A DNA stretch of 15,169 nucleotides from Bdellovibrionia bacterium. GTDB lineage: Bacteria > Bdellovibrionota > UBA1018. The stretch lies in NCBI GenBank assembly GCA_045805065.1, contig JBJMMA010000235.1:1-15169 (forward strand), read 5' to 3'. Of the stretch, positions 9,116-15,169 are shown piece by piece (positions within the stretch are counted from its first letter, which is position 1; every line of letters begins with the position of its first letter). The translations under genes were made by a program, and so were the position numbers. Under the pieces are notes generated by a model. The model had not been told where the DNA came from. It worked only from the letters and a program-made list of their open reading frames with translations, and did no database searches.

Positions 9116-10039
9116 TCAGCCAACTTTGAACATTTGAAGTTGTCGGGGCAGTTGCTGGGGCGAATGATGGATCACCTGGTGGTGCCCCCTGCAAATTAAG
9201 GTGAGAGTATCCAAAGTCGTCATGCCACCTTCAGACAAAGGCTTAATATGGTGAATATCAAGCCAGCGCCTCTCAGAACATCTCACCCCTTGTAATGATC
9301 GGTGAGTGCATTGCCCTTGATCACGTAGTCGCACCGCATGCTCAAGCCGTGCTGGAATAAATCTTAAGTTAGAGCTTTCAGAGGGCGCATTTGCCTGTCC
9401 CGGGACAGGTTTCGAATCTATCCTTTGTGCAGTCCTTTTTTCGGCTCGCAAAGCCTTTTCCATTGGATCCTTCTTTTCGACAAAGAGTTCCAATGCCGCC
9501 CGCAAGGTCTCTTCCATCGTTGCCGCCCTGCCACTTTGAGACGACACTAAGTCCTGAACACGCTTAAGCAATTCATAGACATCTTCAGAGAGGCCAATTT
9601 TAAGCTCGATACGGTTTTCAGAAACATACCGAGTTCGATCTTGAACTTGTCTATCAGGAAACTCCCGGGCGATTTCTTTTTCAAGCTCGCGCTTGGATAG
9701 CTCAGCCGCTGATGAGAGCCACCGATCTTGATTCTCAAGCGTAAGTACCGAAGCAATCATCCGCGCATTAGAAACCGTAACTTCTTGTCTCTGGATCATT
9801 TCATGAAGCTTAGGAACTTCACGGGACTTTCTGGCAATCGTAATAAAATTAAAGCTCACACTTTCAGAAAGTCCTAAGCCTTGAGTGGCATAATCAAAAA
9901 GACTTTTGAAACCCATCTCGCGATACCCACGGCAATCGTCGATCTCCTGTAAAACAGAAATAAGTTCACTTTCTGCTCTGAGATTAGTCTTTGTGATTTG
10001 AAGTGCCTTTTCATGAAGAACTTTAAAGCTCGTTTTCAT
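9116..10039 (-). CDS. HNH endonuclease with DUF222-like N-terminal region
   Basis: N-terminal GFKSLFDYATQGLGLSE helical region. C-terminal VRLRDQGQCTH...C...LDIHHIKPLSEGG...LICRGHHQVIH HNH/Zn motif. Visibly more AT-rich than the flanking genes. Confidence 0.85.
   Translation of the reverse strand: MKTSFKVLHEKALQITKTNLRAESELISVLQEIDDCRGYREMGFKSLFDYATQGLGLSESVSFNFITIARKSREVPKLHEMIQRQEVTVSNARMIASVLTLENQDRWLSSAAELSKRELEKEIAREFPDRQVQDRTRYVSENRIELKIGLSEDVYELLKRVQDLVSSQSGRAATMEETLRAALELFVEKKDPMEKALRAEKRTAQRIDSKPVPGQANAPSESSNLRFIPARLEHAVRLRDQGQCTHRSLQGVRCSERRWLDIHHIKPLSEGGMTTLDTLTLICRGHHQVIHHSPQQLPRQLQMFKVG
9394..9409. repeat. 16-bp perfect palindrome, copy 1 (inside the HNH gene)
   Basis: CCTGTCCCGGGACAGG; encodes PVPGQ in the inter-domain linker. 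Confidence 0.9.
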
Positions 10040-10347
10040 GAACGGATCTATAGCATGCGTTTTTTGAGGCCCTTAAATGGCTTTGTGTTGAGCGATTTCG
10101 AGCGGCTTCAATTTTTTTGAAAAAATGACCTGAATCTCTTTGCAGAATGGAAATTAGCTAGAAATGGCCGCATTTTAAAACTTGTTTAAAGGCACTGAGA
10201 TTGATGCTGCCAAAAACCTGTCAATGTTTTCTGAAATTAAAGTGAGATATTTTCAGAATTAAAACTCAGTCTAGAACATCATGAAATCAAGATCACTGAG
10301 TCGCGAAATATTTTAGCTGGGAATTAGCCAGCCCAAAATACACATCC

Positions 10348-10367
10348 CGCCTGTCCCGGGACAGGCG
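10348..10367. repeat. 20-bp perfect palindrome, copy 2 (intergenic, upstream of the HNH gene)
   Basis: CGCCTGTCCCGGGACAGGCG; 17 nt (10349-10365) are identical to 9393-9409. Confidence 0.9.
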
Positions 10368-10434
10368 CTTACCAATTTAAGGCGTTACAGTCAGGCTCAA
10401 GCTCGAGCCCCGGCCCTAAGCCTGAAAAAACCAA

Positions 10435-11754
10435 TCAGTTTTGCGCAGCGGTGGTCACAGCAGAACCAGCAGCACCAGTCACCGAAGCTGGAGCTACGAC
10501 AGGAGCCGCCATAGGCTTTTTGAAATAAGTCTCGATCGCCTTACGAACCACATAAGACGACTTCACTCGCCAAAGTTTTTGGTGGATCGTCAAAGATGCA
10601 AACGCAATGCGACGGCCGCGGCCTTCGGCAAAAGCGACGAACCAGTCGTACTTGCCTTGAGGATCCGTACCGGTCAGAGAGCCGGTTTTTCCACCGACAT
10701 CGATGTCTTTAAATTTGGTGCGCTCAAAGCCGCGGAAAGATTTGCGAGAGGTGCCACGAATGACAGTCTCACGCATCAAGCGACGAAGCTCAGCAGCAGT
10801 CGATGGCTCGATTGAGAGCTGCGCGACCTTTGGCTTTGCTGAGTAAATTTCCTGACCTTCAGGAGAATAGACGGACTGAACCAGGTAAGGCTCCATCATC
10901 ACGCCTTCGTTCACAATCGTTGCAGCAATGAGAGCGCCTTGCATCGGGCTCATTGTGTTGTCACGAGTGTAGCCAGAGGCCGCTTCTGCGATTCCCCAAG
11001 CATCATCAGGAATCGGTGCCTTGCCTTGTTGGAACAAGAAGTCAGCCTGGATCTGGCGATTGAAACCGAAACGATCCGCGTAAGTGCGAAGCTCGACGGG
11101 ACCGACTGTAAAAGCACCGATACGGCCAAAGACGGTATTGATCGATTTTGCGAACGCGTCTTTCAGTGTCGCCTGGCGCGTCCAGCGGTTGATCTTATTC
11201 TTCAAAATATTGTGCTTATAAAGAGTATGGTTGGCGCCATTGAACTGGATCGGCGTATCGCCTGAGTATTTCTGATTTTCAATCGCAGCGGCTGCCGTCA
11301 CGACTTTAAAGACAGATGCGGACGGAAACGTCGCTCTGAAAGCCATGTTTTCTTTCATGTCAGACTTTTCAGAGTAGCTCACGACAGAGAGAATCTGGCC
11401 CGTGGTTGCGTCCATCGCGACAAACGCGCCGTAGTCCGGGCGGTACTGGCGAAACAGATTTTCCATCTCGTCTTGAAGAGTGGGATCAAAGGAGTATTGG
11501 AGAACAACTTTCGGAGCAATGCCCGGAATCTCCATCTCCGTTGGGAAATGATAAAAGGATGCGGATTGGCTCAGGATGCGCGCCAGGCTTTCCTTGGTCA
11601 CCAAGTCAGGGCGGCGAGTCAGCTTCTCCAAAGTTTGAGGCGAGTACTTCTTGAAAGCAAACCCTCCGGCAACCGCAACTACGGCGAGGCCTAGAAGTGC
11701 CATTTTTGAACGATTCATTTGAAAACGCTTATTCGCCATGGTGATGGTACTCAT
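10435..11754 (-). CDS. penicillin-binding protein consisting mainly of a transpeptidase domain
   Basis: N-terminal TM, GAFVAMDATTGQIL, ASVFK (SxxK), KSIN (SxN), GGKTGS (KTG), YDWFVAF. Lacks the long pedestal or transglycosylase domain. Confidence 0.9.
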   Translation of the reverse strand: MSTITMANKRFQMNRSKMALLGLAVVAVAGGFAFKKYSPQTLEKLTRRPDLVTKESLARILSQSASFYHFPTEMEIPGIAPKVVLQYSFDPTLQDEMENLFRQYRPDYGAFVAMDATTGQILSVVSYSEKSDMKENMAFRATFPSASVFKVVTAAAAIENQKYSGDTPIQFNGANHTLYKHNILKNKINRWTRQATLKDAFAKSINTVFGRIGAFTVGPVELRTYADRFGFNRQIQADFLFQQGKAPIPDDAWGIAEAASGYTRDNTMSPMQGALIAATIVNEGVMMEPYLVQSVYSPEGQEIYSAKPKVAQLSIEPSTAAELRRLMRETVIRGTSRKSFRGFERTKFKDIDVGGKTGSLTGTDPQGKYDWFVAFAEGRGRRIAFASLTIHQKLWRVKSSYVVRKAIETYFKKPMAAPVVAPASVTGAAGSAVTTAAQN

Positions 11755-11853
11755 GATCCGCGCAAAAACCCCGTCTACGCTCCCCAGATTGGATTTAGGT
11801 TCAGGTGGGGACGCTCCCGAGATTTAATCATGACATGGCAGCCGGGCCCTCGG

Positions 11854-12741
11854 TCAAGAATCTTCCGAGTCTAAATCATTTTCGCTTTCAATATCTTCGG
11901 CGGGATCCAGGGTCAGAGCCGAATTGGTTTCAAAGGAGAGAGGAAGAGCGCGCTCGGCAATTTTTTCCTCCTCCGTGATGTACCGCGCCTGGACCATCTT
12001 TCCGAGGATCGAGTAAATTGTTTTTCGAGCGTATTGCGTGAGCTGTTTTTGGCGAAAAGAAACGGAGTAGCGCTTGGGACTCGGGAGAAGCATTGCCAGA
12101 AAAGCCCCCTCTTTGGCCGTCAGCTCGGCCGGAGATTTTCCAAAATAAAATCTCGCTGCAGGCCCGATTCCATAAATGCCCTCACCGAACTCAGCGATGT
12201 TCAGATAGATTTCCAGAATCTTTGGCTTCTTGAAGGTCTCCTCAAGTTTCACGGCCAGGAAAAGCTCCTTCACCTTTCTCGCCATGGTCTTATCGGCATC
12301 GAGAAAGACGTTCTTGGCAACCTGTTGAGTGATGGTGCTGGCGCCCCGGGCAAACTTCCCCTTGGCCAGATCGTGATTCACGGCCTCTTTGATCGAATTA
12401 GGGTCATAGCCATGATGCTGATAAAAGGCCCAGTCCTCACTCACGACAATGGCGCCCACGGCCTTCTTGGAAATCTCCGAGATCGGCACCCACTGGGCGG
12501 GTCGGGACTTTTCAAATGTAATGGTGGTCTCGCGAGGCTTTGTCTCTCCCTGCACTTTCTTGAGCTGCTTGCCTGACATTTTTCCATGCATGGGCTTGGG
12601 CAGCGGAGAATAGTGAACGAGAGGGTATCGAGTCTTGAGAATCGAGACGTCAGGAAGGCCCATCCAATTGCAGCCCATAAGACCTACGGAGAGTCCCACG
12701 GAGGCTATTAAAACTAAAACCCGAGGTAGACGGAAAAGCAT
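11854..12741 (-). CDS. mtgA: monofunctional biosynthetic peptidoglycan transglycosylase (GT51)
   Basis: SEDWAFYQHHGYD, RGASTITQQVAKNVFL, RKVKE, KILEIYLN, GIYGI, ELT..EGAFLAMLLPSP. Start placed at ATG 12741 (AAGGA SD 7 nt upstream). Signal-like N-terminus ending LMGC. Confidence 0.9.
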   Translation of the reverse strand: MLFRLPRVLVLIASVGLSVGLMGCNWMGLPDVSILKTRYPLVHYSPLPKPMHGKMSGKQLKKVQGETKPRETTITFEKSRPAQWVPISEISKKAVGAIVVSEDWAFYQHHGYDPNSIKEAVNHDLAKGKFARGASTITQQVAKNVFLDADKTMARKVKELFLAVKLEETFKKPKILEIYLNIAEFGEGIYGIGPAARFYFGKSPAELTAKEGAFLAMLLPSPKRYSVSFRQKQLTQYARKTIYSILGKMVQARYITEEEKIAERALPLSFETNSALTLDPAEDIESENDLDSEDS

Positions 12742-12798
12742 GACGATTTCCTTGATAACACGGCGAGCCGTAAACCGCCAAGAATTCAATAGAATCTC

Positions 12799-12827
12799 TT
12801 GTTTAGGCTCATCTGCGATTGTAAGCT
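12799..12827 (+). promoter_or_regulatory. candidate sigma70 promoter for amn-mreB, probably leaderless
   Basis: TTGTTT (12799-12804), 17-nt spacer, TAAGCT (12822-12827). Predicted +1 is 12834, the GTG start. No SD. Confidence 0.4.
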
Positions 12828-12833
12828 CTCTGT

Positions 12834-13715
12834 GTGCAAAAAAAATCGAATTCGAAGAAGTCTAAGCTAGCTCTTCCTGAACTTCCGGAAGGCCTTCAAA
12901 ATAACCCGTACATCATTCCGAACACCAATCGGGTTTACACCAACCCGAACAAGCAGAAGATCGCACGCGACATTCTCGAGCGCTACACGGGAAGCCCGAT
13001 CGAGGCTTTCCAAAAGCAGATCATTCTGACCAATTTCGACTATTACCTGGAGCGCTTCCATAACCTCGTCGGCGACGAACGCACCCGCGGTTCGGCCATG
13101 GCAGCGGTTCACAGCAAAAAGACCGGCGTCTCCATCGTCGACTTCAAGATCGGCTCGCCAACGGCAGCCTTGATCATCGAAGTCCTCTCCGTGATCGAGC
13201 CCAAGGCAGTTTTGCTCCTGGGAATGTGCGGCGGTCTCCACCGTTCACTCAAAGTGGGCGACTTCATCTTGCCGACCGCTGCGATTCGTGACGAAGGCGC
13301 TTCCCGCCATTTCATGCCTCCGCAAGTGCCGGCTTTGCCGACCTTCAAGATCCAAAAGTTTGTTTCTCAAGTTATTGTAGAAAAGGGCTTGGATTACCGC
13401 ACCGGAGTCATTCATACTACGGATTATCGTTTCTGGGAGTTTGATCAAAAATTCAAGGCATCGCTCTATGAAGAGCGCTCCTTGGGGATCGACATGGAAA
13501 CCGCGACGTTGTTCGTCGGTGGTTTCGCGAGCAAGGTACCGATTGGTGCGTTGCTCCTGGTTTCGGATCTGCCTTTCAAACGGGGTGGAATCAAAACCAA
13601 GAAGTCCGCGAAGGCTGTGTTCCGCAGATTCACGGATCTTCACTTGGAGATCGGGATCAAGTCCATGAGCGAGATCGCAGACCGCGGTGAACATATTCGA
13701 CATTACAAGTGGTGA
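12834..13715 (+). CDS. amn: AMP nucleosidase (short PNP/UDP-phosphorylase-fold type)
   Basis: LERYTGS, ILTNF, FKIGSPTAAL, LGMCGGL, GDFILPTAAIRDEGAS, TTDYRFWE, IDMETATLF, GALLLVSDLP. The exact start (GTG) is uncertain. Confidence 0.88.
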   Translation: MQKKSNSKKSKLALPELPEGLQNNPYIIPNTNRVYTNPNKQKIARDILERYTGSPIEAFQKQIILTNFDYYLERFHNLVGDERTRGSAMAAVHSKKTGVSIVDFKIGSPTAALIIEVLSVIEPKAVLLLGMCGGLHRSLKVGDFILPTAAIRDEGASRHFMPPQVPALPTFKIQKFVSQVIVEKGLDYRTGVIHTTDYRFWEFDQKFKASLYEERSLGIDMETATLFVGGFASKVPIGALLLVSDLPFKRGGIKTKKSAKAVFRRFTDLHLEIGIKSMSEIADRGEHIRHYKW

Positions 13716-13722
13716 GACCTAA

Positions 13723-14754
<1,032 letters not shown>

Positions 14755-14783
14755 GAATCAGGCCAAAGGCCATTTCAAAATTC

Positions 14784-14816
14784 AAAAAGCCTCCGTCGCA
14801 AGACGGGGGCTTTTTT
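14784..14816. terminator. intrinsic terminator after mreB, probably bidirectional
   Basis: AAAAA-GCCTCCGTC-GCAA-GACGGGGGC-TTTTTT: a 9-bp stem with a GNRA loop, a T tract on the plus strand and an A5 tract that gives a U tract on the minus strand. Confidence 0.9.
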
Positions 14817-14831
14817 GTTTTCGGGACCTAC

Positions 14832-14860
14832 TTATCAACAAAGTTATCCACTTATCCACA
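14832..14860 (+). promoter_or_regulatory. cluster of three co-oriented DnaA boxes
   Basis: TTATCAACA (14832-14840), TTATCCACT (14844-14852) and TTATCCACA (14852-14860, perfect R-box). Confidence 0.6.
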
Positions 14861-14937
14861 CGGCTTTAAAACGCACCAAACCCAGCAGCCTCACATCAGT
14901 GCGGGGCTCCGGTTACGCTGTACCCAGAGCACTTACC

Positions 14938-15087
14938 TCACAATTGCCTTAAGTAGTGAGACACTAAAGCAGCCAGAAAAACCAGAAACCTAGCTAAGAC
15001 AATGAGATACCAGGTTTTCTGTTTAAGTTTTTCCAGCCTGATCCGATAAAGATAATAATCACGGTTGGGACCGTTCTTATTTCTCAT
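14938..15087 (-). CDS. small basic membrane peptide, 49 aa, candidate type I toxin
   Basis: Manual translation MRNKNGPNRDYYLYRIRLEKLKQKTWYLIVLARFLVFLAALVSHYLRQL*. Preceded by AGAAAGGAGGTGATCC, with GGAGG 7 nt from the ATG. Ten K/R versus two D/E, and a ~20-residue hydrophobic stretch (W26-L46). Confidence 0.75.
   Translation of the reverse strand: MRNKNGPNRDYYLYRIRLEKLKQKTWYLIVLARFLVFLAALVSHYLRQL
15023..15049 (+). promoter_or_regulatory. sigma28 (FliA)-type promoter, antisense to the small ORF
   Basis: TTAAGTTT-N11-TCCGATAA versus the enterobacterial consensus TAAAGTTT-N11-GCCGATAA: 7/8 in each box with exact spacing. Confidence 0.7.
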
Positions 15088-15088
15088 A

Positions 15089-15121
15089 GGATCACCTCCT
15101 TTCTTCACAGGGAAAGGAGGT
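15089..15121 (-). promoter_or_regulatory. extended Shine-Dalgarno sequestered by an upstream anti-SD hairpin
   Basis: Minus strand ACCTCCTTTC-CCTGTGAA-GAAAGGAGGT-GATCC-T-ATG: a 10-bp perfect stem covering the whole SD core. Confidence 0.8.
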
Positions 15122-15154
15122 AGTTCCTTCTACGCTGCCGGGTTTGGCTGGCGA

Positions 15155-15160
15155 ATCATA
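15155..15160 (-). promoter_or_regulatory. candidate -10 box for the small-ORF mRNA
   Basis: TATGAT on the minus strand puts the TSS at about 15148-15149, where the 5' arm of the long-range pairing begins. The -35 would lie outside the window. Confidence 0.45.
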
Positions 15161-15169
15161 AAAGCAAAA

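Larger units (their letters stand above)
15056..15169 (+). ncRNA. putative cis-antisense RNA (candidate antitoxin); both ends approximate, 3' end possibly beyond the window
   Basis: Downstream of the sigma28-type promoter with no usable ORF visible. Hairpins ACGGT-TGGG-ACCGT (15061-15074) and 15094-15121. Complementary to the first codons, RBS and leader of the small ORF. Confidence 0.45.

Noticed and set aside
9394..10367. Palindrome pair as a CRISPR array or as IS terminal inverted repeats
   Set aside because: Only two copies 956 bp apart, one inside the CDS. There are no spacers, cas genes, transposase or target-site duplication that I could find.
10391..10430. Stem-loop as intrinsic terminator of the transpeptidase gene
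   Set aside because: On the minus strand the U tract precedes rather than follows the stem, so it is not a canonical terminator.
12742..12789. Longer N-terminus of mtgA given by the ORF track
   Set aside because: The ATG at 12741 has an AAGGA SD and begins a proper signal-like sequence.
15089..15104. GGATCACCTCCTTTCT as the 3' end of a 16S rRNA gene
   Set aside because: No other 16S sequence (e.g. helix 45, GTAACAAGGTAGCCGTA) precedes it. It is better explained as the complement of an extended SD on the minus strand.
14817..15169. Chromosomal replication origin (oriC)
   Set aside because: Only three boxes, no evident DUE or DnaA-trio array, and no dnaA/dnaN/gidA/rpmH context in the window. 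The remainder is explained by the small-ORF locus.

Overview
Chromosomal cell-wall and division region, most likely from a Bdellovibrionota/Oligoflexia-like (deltaproteobacteria-related) bacterium; the taxonomy is inferred from protein style only. The minus strand carries a remodelled dcw cluster: GNAT acetyltransferase, rsmH, ftsL, ftsI, murE. There is no mraZ, and a three-gene block (DUF1259, DUF1853 and an opposite-strand Cys-rich secreted protein) sits where murF usually is, followed by the first 12 codons of a probable mraY at the left edge. Upstream lie a DUF222-like/HNH nuclease gene tied to a duplicated 16-20 bp palindrome, a stand-alone transpeptidase plus monofunctional transglycosylase pair, and a divergent AMP nucleosidase-mreB operon. 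The most striking signal is in the apparently empty last ~350 bp. A 49-aa basic/hydrophobic ORF (15087->14938, minus; below the ORF-track cutoff) has a 16-nt perfect Shine-Dalgarno locked in an anti-SD hairpin, a 15-bp 5'-3' long-distance pairing, and an opposite-strand sigma28/FliA-type promoter inside the ORF that would make an antisense RNA over the RBS. This is the architecture of a type I toxin-antitoxin locus, here apparently wired to the flagellar sigma factor. A three-DnaA-box cluster sits next to it.
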